40,206 nt of DNA. Source: Octopus sinensis. Its lineage: Eukaryota. Numbering within the stretch: position 1 is the first letter of the stretch; each line of letters opens with the position of its first letter. Positions 10,749-24,187 of the stretch are shown piece by piece. Location: positions 1-40,206 of the forward strand of contig NW_021835359.1 in the NCBI RefSeq assembly GCF_006345805.1, given 5' to 3'. Made by a program: the position numbers and the translations under genes. Under the pieces are notes generated by a model. That model did no database searches and was not told where the DNA came from. It was given only the letters and a program-made list of their open reading frames with translations.

Positions 10749-10819
10749 ATATATATATATATATGTATGTGTATATAGTACAATAAACTTGATATTAAAA
10801 AGTAACATTAATGAAACAA

Positions 10820-11900
10820 AATTAATACACACAGACACACGCAAATATATACACAAGCACAGACATGTACACACAAATAAACACAAAAATAGTTATACAC
10901 ACATACGCACATACTCGTACAGATGTACACCAACACACGCAAGCATATACACATACACAAACCGCACATTCATACAGAAAGACGTACATACACAGACATA
11001 CACTCATACAAATATACACGTATATACACACACATACACATACACAAAGACACATACATATGTACGTATATTCATACACATATAGACGTACATACCTATA
11101 CATACTCACATAAACTAAGCACACCCGTACTCATAGAGATATACACGTACACATGCACACGTATATACATAATCACATATACACAAACATAGATACACAC
11201 TCACATTCATACACACACATAGATACATACACACATATATAGATACATACAATTACACTTGTCTACATATACACACTGATATATACCTATACATACAAAT
11301 ATATAAGAACTCACAGAACTATACGCATATGTACACACAAACACATACATACACACATACACATACATACACACATACACACATACATACACATACATAC
11401 ACACATACACACATACACATACATACACACATACACACATACATACACATACATACACACATACACACAAACACATACATACACACATACACACAAACAC
11501 ACACACACATACATACACACATACACACATACACACAAACACACAAACACATACATACACACATACACACAAACACACAAACACATACATACACACATAC
11601 ACACATACACACAAACACATACACACAAACACATACATACACACATACACACAAACACATACATACACACATACACACAAACACATACATACACACATAC
11701 ACACAAACACATACATACACACATACACACAAACACATACATACACACATACACACATACACACAAACACATACATACACACATACACACAAACACATAC
11801 ATACACACATACACACAAACACATACATACACACACATACACACACAAACACACACACACCTACACACAAACACATACATACACACATACACACAAACAC
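10820..11900. repeat. (CA)/(CATA)-rich tract with a ~26-bp higher-order unit ACACATACACACAAACACATACATAC
   Basis: Direct reading; the higher-order unit is clearest at 11330-11900. Confidence 0.9.
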
Positions 11901-12928
11901 AAACTTTTTTTTTTATCATTTGTTTTTTATTCCCTCGTCTATTTGTTGATGTCTATTAATTTATAGATTTTATTAAATTGTTGCTTCGCATCTTTGTTTT
12001 TTGTTGTTTTTGTTGTTTTTTGTGTCATGGTTCTTTATTTAGGTCGAAGCGCCAAGCAGGAAATCCTAAATTTCATAGATTGACACTACGACACACATAT
12101 ATTCTATTGCTGGCTAATTTTTTTATGTAGATTAAGGAATTTAAATAATATAATGCAAGAACACAGAATAAAACCCAACGGAAGGTGACCGTAAAATTCG
12201 CAATAAACAGAATTGAAGATTCCACAATGAAACGATGTCTTCATTATTCTATTTTTTTATTTCGGCTTTCTGTTTTCGTTTTAACCGTGTTCCTGAATAA
12301 GTAAAGCTAAAAGATCCAACCATGATATTGAATATTTATCGATTATCTATAGAATTTTGGTGTTGATTTTTCGAAATATAACTTTTCAATGGTCTATTGG
12401 GGAGTATTATTGTTGAGGAAATTAGAAGCAACTACAACAAAAGTAATACCAATAGTTTTAGTAAGTTTTGATAGTCACGACTTGTTAATGGAGTTGAGCA
12501 ACTTTTTGACTTCCGACAGACAGTTCCACGTTTCATATGGCGAATCTGGAGTTGCGCACTTCAAGACATTTAATCAATTCTCTCACACTACCAAAACCAA
12601 TTCTACCGACCGTTGCTGTTATTGCCATTGTTCATACTAAGGTCAAATCTAATAACACAGAGCTATTATCAAAAGTAGTCCCATTGTGGCCATCCAGATG
12701 ACATTATTCACTGTGTCCTGTATTTAAGATCATGGACGTATGAGTGGCTGAATGGTTAAAACGTCCACTTCGCAATGACGAGGTTATCGATTCGATGTCA
12801 CTGTGGGACATCGAATTGAAGTAAGTAACATTGAAACCCAACTTCGGGTAGCCTCAGGCCACTTCACCCAGGCTGGACAAAAGGAAAGCTTTTGCATCAC
12901 TTTCGGTACAACCATTTGAGCATATGTA

Positions 12929-13136
12929 TACTCTTTTACTTGTTTCAGCCATTTGACTGCGGCCATGTTGGAGCATCGCCTTTAGTCGAGCAAATCGACC
13001 CCGGGACATATTCTTTGTAAGCCTAATACTTATTCTATCGGTCACCTTTGCTGAACAGCTGAGTTACGGGGACGCAAACACACCACCATCGGTTATCAAG
13101 CGATGTTCGGGGACAGACACTGACACGCAAACATAT

Positions 13137-13223
<87 letters not shown>

Positions 13224-13384
13224 TACGACGGGCTTCTTTCAGTTTCCGTCTACCAAATCCATTCACAAGGCTTTGGTCGGCCTGAGGCTATAATAGAAAA
13301 CACCTGCCCAGGGTGCCACGCAGTGGGAATGAACCCGGAATCATTTGGTTGATAAGCACGTACTACACAGCCTCTCCTGCGCCT
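12929..13384 (-). mobile_element. SINE family B with expanded internal (TA)n
   Basis: Homologous to 6755-7156 but more diverged. Confidence 0.9.
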
Positions 13385-13386
13385 AC

Positions 13387-13427
<41 letters not shown>

Positions 13428-13449
13428 CGTATGTATGTATGTATGTATG

Positions 13450-13524
<75 letters not shown>

Positions 13525-13782
13525 AGAGAGATTCAGATGAATATGGTACTTAAGTTGGGGCACCAGAAATGTAGTATGTTATTACCCATACAATTTAAAA
13601 TAAGGTGATTATAATCAAAATAAGCAACAAGGATATCCAGAAGTAATGCAGTACGATCGTTTAATGCGACTCCATTTAATTGAACAATGCAAATATTACA
13701 TGTGAAAGAGGATACGTCCTCACATGAAGAATCTTGCAAACCAAATCCGAAAACGAAATTATTATTATTATTATTAATTATT

Positions 13783-14114
13783 GTTCAGTAGTTTTATTTT
13801 TATAGCGTGCTTTCACTTCACTACCGAGCGCAGCTCTGTGTGCCTTGGGTATGTGCTGTGATTTGTTGTGATGCTCTGATGGTTATTGTATGGAAAGTGT
13901 TCTGCGTAGGATGTGTGCAGTGCCTAGTAGTGCAATTTTCTGTATGGTATATGTGTTTGTAAGTCCTGGTGTTTTTGTTATGTATTTGTCTGAATATTTT
14001 TTTATCATGCCTAATGCACCTACTATGATAGGAATTGTTTCTATTTTTAGTTTCCACATTCTGGTTACCTCTATTTCCAGGTCTTTGTATTTTGAAAGTT
14101 TCTCCATTTCTTTT
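13783..14114 (-). mobile_element. 5'-truncated R4/Dong-clade non-LTR retrotransposon (restriction-like endonuclease C-terminus plus 3' UTR)
   Basis: ORF 13883-14107 reads EKLSKYKDLEIEVTRMWKLKIETIPIIVGALG..IQKIALLGTAHILRRTL, the K..KY.DL..E..RMW and P.V.GALG motifs of R4-clade elements. It is flanked on both sides by (AAT)n, the known Dong target. Confidence 0.88.
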
Positions 14115-14371
14115 TATTATTATTATTATTATCATTAAGTCCAAAATGTTGCTTTTTCAGAAAACGAAAAACATTTTCAATATTCCATAGCAAAACCCTT
14201 CTGCTACAGTTTGACAATTTTTGATATCTTGAGATCTAAAGCAGCTGGAGATATGTTAGTTTGGCCAAAATAACCGGCTATTGCAAGTAAAAATAGGTAT
14301 TGAAAAAGACACATTTGTCCAAATCTGGAGCTGTTGGAGGTGCTATTGTTGTTGCTTAAAAGTGGTGGATT

Positions 14372-14580
14372 AACTGACCTGTTAGAACATCACAAAAGAT
14401 ATTTTAATGTGTTTCTTTGTGCTCTTCGTATTCTAAGTTCAAATCCAACGAATGGCAGCCTTCCCTTTTTCAAACTCATCTGATCGATAAAACAAAGAAC
14501 CAATCGAGTTTTAAATTCGATAGTGTCGAGTAACCCCTCCCCTTAAAATTGTTGTTTTTGTGTCTAAATTGAAAACACTT
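14372..14580 (+). mobile_element. Decayed SINE family A
   Basis: Remnants GTATTCTAAGTTCAAATCC, CGATAAAACAAAGAACCA and CCCCTCCCCTTAAAATT. Confidence 0.55.
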
Positions 14581-16133
14581 ATTATTTAAAGATTAATTAC
14601 GTTTGATTTTTTTTCTTTTTTTTGATTTTTCTTAGAAAAACGTAAATATTTTTTTCTCTCAATCACATTTACGTCTTAATTATTGCGTTCTTAATTAAGA
14701 AACACCACAAGTAAATTAATTATATCTTTAGCATGGACGCATTGTTATAATCGATTTATTTTTTCAGACAGGAAATATTATTTGTCTGGTATATGTTTTT
14801 CTCTGAATAAAAGTCTCGTATGAGAGACCTTATCTCAGGCGTAACGGTGGTGATTTTGATCAAAACTGTGGACTTAATCATATTCTTGAGTAGAAATTGT
14901 CGTCTTTCGATGTGGCATCGTCTATTCCACAAAAGAACTTTATTTGAGAGATGCTATTTGAAATGTGTTAAGATCGGTTCAAAAAAGATACTTGCTTCGG
15001 GCGTTTTCTGAAGTACTTCTTTGACATCAGGGAAGAATTGGTCACTCATAGAAATATCTGGAATTAAAAAGTGAACTGGTGAATTGAAAAGAATGTAAAA
15101 GAGTCTAACCCTTTAAGTGCAGAGAAAAGATGTTAAATAAGTACCAACATATGGTATTTATAGTAAATCACGTTGCCTCGATAACTTGACACATTTTGGC
15201 AACAAAATAGTTTCGAACATCGCATTCTTCAACAAAAGATAGAATGATATAGAAAACTGCTTTCTGCAGTTAAGGCGAATAAAATTTAGAGTGGATGTAT
15301 CAGATTTCTAGGGTAAAAGGGTTAATGCATCTGGAAGCTGAAACCATCTTTGAGGAGGACGGGGAGGACGAAGAGGAGGAGGAAGTGGAAAAGGATGGGA
15401 ACGGGGAGTGGGGAAAACGACGACAATGAGAACGAAGAGGACGAAGAGGACGAAGAGGACGAGGAGGAGGAGAAGAACGACGAGGAGGAGGACGGGGAGA
15501 AGCGTGAAAAACGGGGATTAGGTGAAGGAAGAAAAGGAAGACGACAACGAAGAGAAAGAGAAAGGAAAGGGGGTTAAGAGAGATGAAATAGAATTATCGA
15601 TTAAGTAAATATCATTTACGTTTATGGAAGTCTGGATGTTCGGGTTGAACAATTCAGAGGTGAACGTTTCGTGATTTCTCAGCAGCAAGAAAGTTGTATC
15701 AGTGACGGCCAACGCTTAACTGTTTCGTGCTCCAGTCCACAATCACATTTGTAGCTTATGTATGCTGATACATTTCTTTATTTCTAATACAATTGACAGA
15801 GTTACTCCAGCACGGCTGCAGTCCAATGGTTGAATCGTGTAAAAGAGTTTTAACAAGCCGTTTCCCAATGTTGGCTTCACTATGTCTGACGTCCTGTCCA
15901 AGAAGCAATTTCTGTTTCATCCGGTGAAGTCTTTGAAAGCTGAGATTTGATTAAATATTGATTGATATAGATCAATATTTGATAGAATCTACCGCATTAC
16001 ATAACACCAAGTAGACAAGTATGTGGTCGTTTGATCAGCAAGAAATGGTAGCCAAATATCTCTCAGGTCACAATTTAAAGGACACCTTGGAAAATATAGT
16101 CCGAGGTACACTAGGTATGCGACAAAGGTTCTA

Positions 16134-16460
16134 CAGGGTGAGCGTAAAGTCTGGATAAAAAGGGGGAAATGCTGATTTCCAATAATGTAACATTTTCAAC
16201 ATGTTTTTCTTTTTCATCGTTAATGTTGTGCTTTGCAGTATTCACATCAATCCGATGCAGTAAATCCGGATTTCCGTCAGTTTGAGCATATCCATGATGC
16301 GCTCCTTCAGATGATTTGTGTCTGTGATTTTCATTGAGATACACCTTACCTTTCTGTATACCCCAGAAAAAAAAGAGTCGAGGGGATTGATATCTGGTAA
16401 ACGAAGAGCCCATCCCTCGCGGCCACGTCTCCTAATCCATTTAGGGAATTTGCCATCCAG
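16134..16460 (-). mobile_element. 3' end of a Tc1/mariner (DD41D/rosa-like) transposon, pseudogenised
   Basis: The minus strand encodes LDGKFPKWIRRRGREGWALRLPDINPLD/FFWGIQKGKVY, compared with FP.RWIGR.G..WPPRSPDLTPLDFFLWG..K.KVY. The terminus TA|CAGGGTG lies at 16132-16140. Confidence 0.75.
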
Positions 16461-16708
16461 TCACTATCCAAACTTCATGGACATTAAGGCTGAAATGTGT
16501 TCGATCTGTTATATAAATCTGTTCGATCAGAGGTGATCTGGAGCTAAACAACGTTATTACAATTATCGTCACCGGGTGGGTGGGGGGATGAAAAAGTTGA
16601 CTCCCACAAGTTTCGAACTCACACTGTAACAGGAACCGCTTAAATATTATTTAAATTTTATTCTAATTTCTTCCGTTTCAGATTCCAATCCACTGCCTTG
16701 AGAAAGAA

Positions 16709-17351
<643 letters not shown>

Positions 17352-17822
17352 AATTTCTTAATAGCATGTTGTTGTTATATTTTTGTAACATTAACGGTTT
17401 GTTTCTAATTGTTTTGTTTCGCTGTACAATACACGTGGTTCTGCACATTTAAGTTCACTCAGCCGCGGAGAAACAACTTCAAGAATCGAAGAATGCTTTA
17501 TCTGAAAGCATAATTTACATATATTACGCAAACTAGCATCTCATTAGCGACGTTTAATCATGTGAAATATGTAAATTGATACAACAGATTAATTATATAT
17601 TTAGGAAAGTTAAAAGTTACTCAGTCATAGAGTTTCCTTGAAAATAGAGAGAAGAATGAAATATTTCTTCCATCAATCAAAATATTTCTAAACTATTTTA
17701 GAATATTTTAAACAAAAGTGTATAAACTCTTTAAAATGCATGATCTGTAGTTTTCATTATCTTGTTTTTCTTCTCCTCCAGATCAACTTTGACTGAGGAA
17801 ACCAACAAGCTAAGCTGTATAT

Positions 17823-18241
17823 ACCTATTTCTTTACTACCCACAAGGGGCTAAACACAGACGGGACAAACAAGGACAGACATAGGTATTAAGTCGATTAC
17901 ATCGACCCCAATGCGTAACTGGTACTTAATTTATCGACCCCGAAAGGATGAAAGGCAAAGTCGTCCTCGGCGGAATTTGAACTCAGAACGTAACGCCAGA
18001 CGAAATATGGCTACGCATTTCGCCCGGCGTGCTAACGTTTCTGCCAGCTCGCCGCTAAGCTGTATATACCTAGTCATATTTTTTCGGTGACATTGCACGT
18101 TGGACCACCTTATCCTTGTTGAATGCAATAACCTACGATTTGAGGGAGATTTGGTTACTATTTCTTGTAATTTCAGCAACCGTGTAGACGCTATCTATCT
18201 ATCTATCTCTTTTTTTCTCTCTCTCTCTCTCTCTTTCTCTC

Positions 18242-18285
<44 letters not shown>

Positions 18286-18705
18286 CTTTTAGCCTCGAAC
18301 TGATTATTTGAATTTTATTAAATGTTAACCTATTTCATTATTACCCACTAGGGGCTAAACACAGAGGGGACAAACAAGGACAGACATAGGTATTAAGTCG
18401 ATTACATCGACCCCAGTGCGTAACTGGTACTTAATTTATCGACCCCGAAAGGATGAAAGGCAAAGTCGACCTCGGCGGAATTTGAACTCACAACGTAACG
18501 CAGACGAAATACCGCTAAGCATTTCGCCCGGCGTGCTAACGTTTCTGCCAGCTCGCCGCTAAGCTGTATATACCTAGTCATATTTTTTCGGTGACATTGC
18601 ACGTTGGACCACCTTATCCTTGTTGAATGCAATAACGTACGATTTGAAGGAGATTTGGTTACTATTTCTTGTAATTTCAGTAACCGTGTAGACGCTATCT
18701 ATCTA

Positions 18706-18754
<49 letters not shown>

Positions 18755-18791
18755 CTCTCTCTCTTTTCTCTCTCTCTCTCTTTCTCTCTTC

Positions 18792-18831
<40 letters not shown>

Positions 18832-18879
18832 CTCCTTTTAGCCTCGAACTGATTATTTGAATTTTATTAAATGTTAACC
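17823..18879. repeat. Tandem duplication of SINE-A plus 5' flank (second SINE copy at 18331-18557)
   Basis: Two units (17823-18330 and 18328-18879) share an identical SINE/flank junction. The unit junction has ACC microhomology, and (CT)n length differs between copies. Confidence 0.93.
17828..18053 (-). mobile_element. SINE family A1, full length
   Basis: A 19-bp TSD GCTAAGCTGTATATACCTA lies at 17809-17827 and 18054-18072. Confidence 0.92.
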
Positions 18880-19192
18880 GTACATTCACTTATAAGAAAT
18901 TCAGAACATAATATAATCGGAAACTTTATTTAATTTCTTCCCTCACACAAATCTCAGAGGAAGACAAAGACAAAACTCATCGCGAGAGACGTCGAAATAT
19001 CACAGACAGCTGGAAGACATATCACCATTCTTCGAACATTGAATAGCATCCTTGGAGAGAAATCTTTTACATAGAAATATTTCCGTAAAGGAATACTTCT
19101 GATCCGTCAATTCATGTTTAGTTTTATCGGAATTATACTCAAAAAAGGGAAAGCTATTGTCTTACTGACACAAGAATGAAAAGCATATTGTA

Positions 19193-19350
19193 CAGGACGG
19201 CCGAATGGTTAAATAAGACTGCTTCGCAATAACCAGGTTCCATGTTCGATTTCAGTGTGCGTCGCCTTGGATAAATGTCTTTTACTATGGCCTTGGGTCA
19301 CCCCATACATGTGAATAAAATTGGATAAATGGAAACTGTACAGAAGCTCA
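19193..19350 (+). mobile_element. Decayed SINE-B-related head
   Basis: Reads GGCCGAATGGTTA..GTTCGATTTC..CCTTGGATAAATGTCTTTTACTATGGCC..ATGGAAACTG. Similar remnants occur at ~12740-12810 (+) and ~29270-29410 (-). Confidence 0.6.
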
Positions 19351-19689
19351 TTAAATAGGTTGCTGCACTTGCAATTCAAGAGCCCGAGGTTGTTAACTTA
19401 TCTTATACTCATTTCAAAGGGGAATTCAGATACAGGGCCACGTGTTTGTGGGATATACAACTGTTTATAATTAGGAGGTAATTCAGTTGCCCGGACAAAT
19501 GAATAATCATCGTCGAAACAGACGGAGGTTTATTACTTGAATTAAGAAACTAGGACAGATAAAAAGTAAAGCTGAATGATGGTCGAAACCACAAAAAATC
19601 CAATCCGTTCCTCTTCGATTCTGCTATTGATTGATTTTGGGAGGGGGTGTCTTGCGAAGTTCCAAAACATTTTCCTAAAATTTGCTTGT

Positions 19690-19876
19690 AATTAAGGAAC
19701 ATGGTGGGCAGTTTTTAGGGGGAGGACGCTAGTCAATCAAACCTACCCCAGTAATTAACTGGTAATTTTTTTATCAGCCCCGAAAGGATGAAAAGCAAAG
19801 CTGGCTTTGTAGCATTTGAACCCAAAAGAAATGTCACTAAGCCTTTTCTCCCGAAGTGTTGGCAATTCTGCCACTA
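19690..19876 (-). mobile_element. Decayed SINE family A2
   Basis: Reads CCCCAGT..ACTGGT..TTTATCAGCCCCGAAAGGATGAAAAGCAAAG..ATTTGAAC..ATTCTGCCA. Confidence 0.7.
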
Positions 19877-20143
19877 TTATGGTTGGGTCATGTTAAACAT
19901 TTGAAACACACACGCACTAATAACCTTTTGCATTGTATTTCGGTGATAAAGAGGGCAGCAGATTATCAATGACCAGGTCGTAGATTTAGAAAGACAGACA
20001 TCGATAGAATTTTAAATTAAATAATATAACCTAGAACGTCATTTGTATGTTTTATCTGGCCATGATGTCTGCCACCACGATGCAGTCTTTGCACTTTTAA
20101 CCCGTGACATTAGATTAACTCCCTTGTCAAATAATTACAACTA

Positions 20144-20370
20144 TCGTATTTTCCGATATACAAGTCGAATTTTTCAGATCAAAATTTACAGCTAAAATAG
20201 GTATGTCGACTTTAGGGGACCAAAACGAGTTTGGGGGACGAAAATGACTTTTGGGGACTAAAACTCATGTTGAAATGCAGTATGGTTCAGAAAGATAGTA
20301 CAGGTGTTTGAATGTTTACCTTGCACGCTTATGTCGTATACTACGTCGACTTGTATGCCGGAAAATACGG
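20144..20370. mobile_element. Tc1/mariner-superfamily (pogo/Tc2-type termini) MITE, 227 bp
   Basis: 25-bp TIRs match at 22 of 25 positions (TCGTATTTTCCGATATACAAGTCGA and CCGTATTTTCCGGCATACAAGTCGA). TA flanks both ends, and there are three internal TTTnGGGGACnAAAA repeats. Confidence 0.88.
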
Positions 20371-20551
20371 TATTAAATTGATTTTCCCATCAGTTAAAAG
20401 TATTTTTACACTAATTGCGTAAATTTGTAGTATTTATAATGAACATTTTCTTACTATGGAAAAAATCAGGAACGTCTCCAAAATGTTTCCCGGGTTCTTG
20501 GAAACCTTAGAATTAGTGGGGAAAAATACAATATTTTACTGAAAGACAGAC

Positions 20552-20592
<41 letters not shown>

Positions 20593-21070
20593 CAGACAGA
20601 GAGAGACAGAAATAAAGAAAGAGAGGGAGACTATGAAGTAGGTTACCAGTAAAGAAAAGATAACAAAACATTGGAGAAAGTGAGATTTTAGTTCTTATGC
20701 ACTGAACCTTTCCTAATCCCCGGCTTAGAACGGACTTCGTAAACCGAGACGGTGTGGTTAGGGCTTTTGAATATCCTTTCTTGTGATATTTGTATTAATG
20801 GTAACTGAGTGGGATAATGTGATTTATGGTTGAGAGAAACTAACTGTTGTTGTAGAACTCACTGTGTCTGTGTGAAAGGAGATGTATGTATGTATAAACG
20901 TGTATTGTATGTGTGTGTGTAGTATTGTGTGCTTTGCTATGTGCTTAACCTCTCTTTCCTACATCCCACTTTTTCTCTCTCCCTTCCTTCTCTCTCTCTC
21001 TCTCTCTCTCTCGCTGTTTTCTATTTCTCCTCCTTCCTCCCTTCTCTTTCTATATCACTCGCTCTTTTTC

Positions 21071-21072
<2 letters not shown>

Positions 21073-21111
<39 letters not shown>

Positions 21112-21112
21112 T

Positions 21113-21159
<47 letters not shown>

Positions 21160-21234
21160 GTATATATGTATATATATATATACACACACACACACATATA
21201 TATATATATATGCACACATACACACCACACACAC

Positions 21235-21307
<73 letters not shown>

Positions 21308-21320
21308 TATATATATATAT
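21073..21320. repeat. (TA)n/(CA)n microsatellite
   Basis: Direct reading. Confidence 0.95.
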
Positions 21321-21656
21321 ATTATCCATACACGTAAATGATGGATAGCTACAAATACACGCACACACACGCACACACACACATATAGATGATGAATGTT
21401 TAAAAATGTGTAACGTTTTATATAATCAATACATGGACACATACACGGCAGTACACATAAACATATACATAAGTCTATTAGCTTATCCATATCTCTGTGT
21501 GTGTGTGTGTGTCTCTGTGTGTATGTAGCGTAAATGATGGATGCTTACAAACGTGTAAACTTTTATAAATCAACACACACATATACATCACATATACATA
21601 TGTTATATCAACTTAACTTATGCATACATACATACATACATACACACATAATGCTT

Positions 21657-21701
21657 TAGATAGAATGAACTTCTTTTTCGGATATATGAACTGCTAGCGA
21701 T

Positions 21702-21738
<37 letters not shown>

Positions 21739-21799
21739 TATATATATATATATATATCGCTAGTAGTTCATATATCCGAAAAAGAAGTCATTCTATCTA
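21657..21799. repeat. Inverted repeat with ~47-bp arms around a (TA)n centre
   Basis: Arms at 21657-21704 and 21753-21799 differ by one indel and one substitution. Confidence 0.93.
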
Positions 21800-21819
21800 T
21801 ATATTATATATATATATAT

Positions 21820-21912
<93 letters not shown>

Positions 21913-22374
21913 TATATATATATATATATCGCATCGTTTCTAAATTACGTGCTCGGAAACCTATTGATATGAACACCGTAAGTAATAACCCCGGTGACTC
22001 TTTCAAAGATTCTATAGAGATATAGTCTTAATTTTTGTTTTGGTGATTTGCCTGAACATTGTGCATCTCAATACTCTGGTGTTTCAAAAGTCAAATAAAA
22101 ATGTTCCTTCTTCATTTCGCTTTCTTGCAAACGTCTTCTTCTTTGTGCTCTTCACAAAAGAACATTTCATTCGGATCTAATTCACTGGAATTCTTCCGAT
22201 CAAAAGATCTTATTATTCACCATTCTATGACGTTTAAAGTGAAGGCTTGAAAAAATAGAGACATCTGCTTTCGGTTATTTTCACTGTAACATTTCTTTTG
22301 TTTATAATGCATGGCGATTGTCGTCTGGCGGCTTTGAATTCGGATAACATAACAATATGCAGAAAATTTCACCC

Positions 22375-22788
22375 CTCTCTCTTTCTTTCAGTCGCTCTCC
22401 CTATCTCTTTCTCGCGCGCGCGCTCTTCCTCTCTCTTTCCCTCTCTTCCTCTCTGTCTCTTTTCCTTTCTCTCTCTCTTTTTCTTTCTCTCTCTCACCCT
22501 CTGTTCCTCTCTCTCTTCCTTTCTCTCTCCCTCTCTCGCTTTTCCTCTCTCACTTTCTCTCAGTCTCGCTCTCGCTCTCTTCCTCTCTCTCTCTTTTTAC
22601 CTCTCTCTCTTCCTCTCCCTTCCTCTCTCTCTTCCTCTCTCTCTCTTCCTCTCTCCCCCTCTCGCTTTTCCTTTCTCTCTCTCTTCCTCTCGCTCTCCCT
22701 CTTGCTCTCAGCCGCTCTCCCTCTCTCTCTTTTCTTCTCTCTCTTTCTTCCTCTTTCTCTTTTCTTCTCTCTCTCTCTCCCTCTCTCT
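22375..22788. repeat. (CT)-rich polypyrimidine tract
   Basis: Direct reading. Confidence 0.93.
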
Positions 22789-22972
22789 GATTGTAATTTA
22801 CTTTGACGTAATCGCTTAGTATTCCATTTCTTGGAACCATAGCCTCGTGCTGCAAACACCGAATTCCGGAGTTCAATACCGTTTGAGTCGTTGTTGTCGC
22901 AGGGAGGACTATATTTTCATTCTCCATATTTTAAGAAAGATGATTCTGAGCCTCAGTCAACAATATATATAT

Positions 22973-23137
22973 AGGAGTGGCTGTGTGGTAAGTAGCTTGT
23001 TTACCAACCACATGGTTCTGGGTTCAGTCCCACTGCGAGGCATCTTGGGCAAGTGTCTTCTACTATAGCCTCGGGCCGACCAAAGCCTTGTGAGTGGATT
23101 TGTAGATGGAAACTGAAAGAAGCCCGTCGTATATATG

Positions 23138-23193
<56 letters not shown>

Positions 23194-23427
23194 GTGTGTG
23201 TGTGTGTGGTGTGTGTGTGTGTGTGTGTGTTTGTCCCCCTAGCATTGCTTGACAACCGATGCTGGTGTGTTTATGTCCCCGTCACTTAGCGGTTCGGCAA
23301 AACAGACCGATAGAATAAGTACTGGGCTTACAAAGAATAAGTGCCGGGGCCGAGTTGCTCGATTAAAGGTGGTGCTCCAGCATGGCCGCAGTCAAATGAC
23401 TGAAACAAGTAAAAGAGTAAAAGAGTA
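22973..23427 (+). mobile_element. SINE family B with expanded internal (TG)n
   Basis: Homologous to 6755-7156 and ends in a (TAAAAGAG)n tail. Confidence 0.92.
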
Positions 23428-23477
23428 ATATCAAAAACAACATCACTACGCTATCACAGCAAAGGAAAAGCGGTATG

Positions 23478-23690
23478 TCGGCAAAATCAACGAACGCCGG
23501 AAAAAATGAGAAATTTCATCCGTCTCTTTCTGTTCTGGGTTCAAATCCTAACCCAGTCAGCTTTACATTTCATTCTTTCCAGGAAGATAAAATAAAGTAC
23601 CAGTCAAGTACTAAAACGGATGCAATCGGCTGACACCTTCGCCTCAGAACTGTTATCCTTGTTTCTCAATTAAAGATAGTTCTATGATTA
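23478..23690 (+). mobile_element. Decayed SINE family A
   Basis: Reads GTTCTGGGTTCAAATCC..CTTTACATTTCATTCTTTCC..GATAAAATAAAGTACCAG. Confidence 0.65.
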
Positions 23691-24187
23691 ATAGAAATAA
23701 ATTTCAACTCCACAATCCTCGTGTTGTTGTTATTGACTGCGCAGACCTATGACCGAACACGTCGAAACTATGACCACTCTGTCATTTCCTCGGGAACATA
23801 ATGCTATTTAAAATTATCATTCTTGTCTCCTTTTTAAAATAGTAGAATGTGGTTATGGATGATTTGGTTGCAATTTCTAGCAAATCTTAGTGTGTAGCTA
23901 TTTATAGTTCAGTTGAGTGATTCAGTTCAGTAATTAAGTGAAACAATAGGATGCCGTTGATGGGATTCGAACCTTTAACATTTCGATATCCTATTGACTC
24001 GAATAGGCTCGAATCCCAAAGGAGAGGTAGTCAGTTTAACAGACGCCGTTCTTTCTCAAACTAGTTATTGAGAATGAAAATTACAAATAATGAGAGAAAA
24101 CAAATGCCTTTCCTGGAAATCGAAACCTTTATCCTAAGTTCTCTTTGTTAGCAACTTACACCACACCACAATTCAGGCACATATATT

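Noticed and set aside
12000-12083. Possible terminal exon after a T-rich tract and AG (RSAKQEILNFID*)
   Set aside because: It is too short to recognise and has no supporting exons. Similar acceptor-like sites near 2931 and 17781 are equally unsupported.
15350-15577. Acidic/basic ORF (EEDEEDEE..)
   Set aside because: It is low-complexity GA-rich repeat sequence with no domain or splice support.
15660-15695. Minus-strand CUGCUGA..GAAACGUUC hammerhead candidate
   Set aside because: The core has a mismatch, stem II is 1 bp and stem I is absent.
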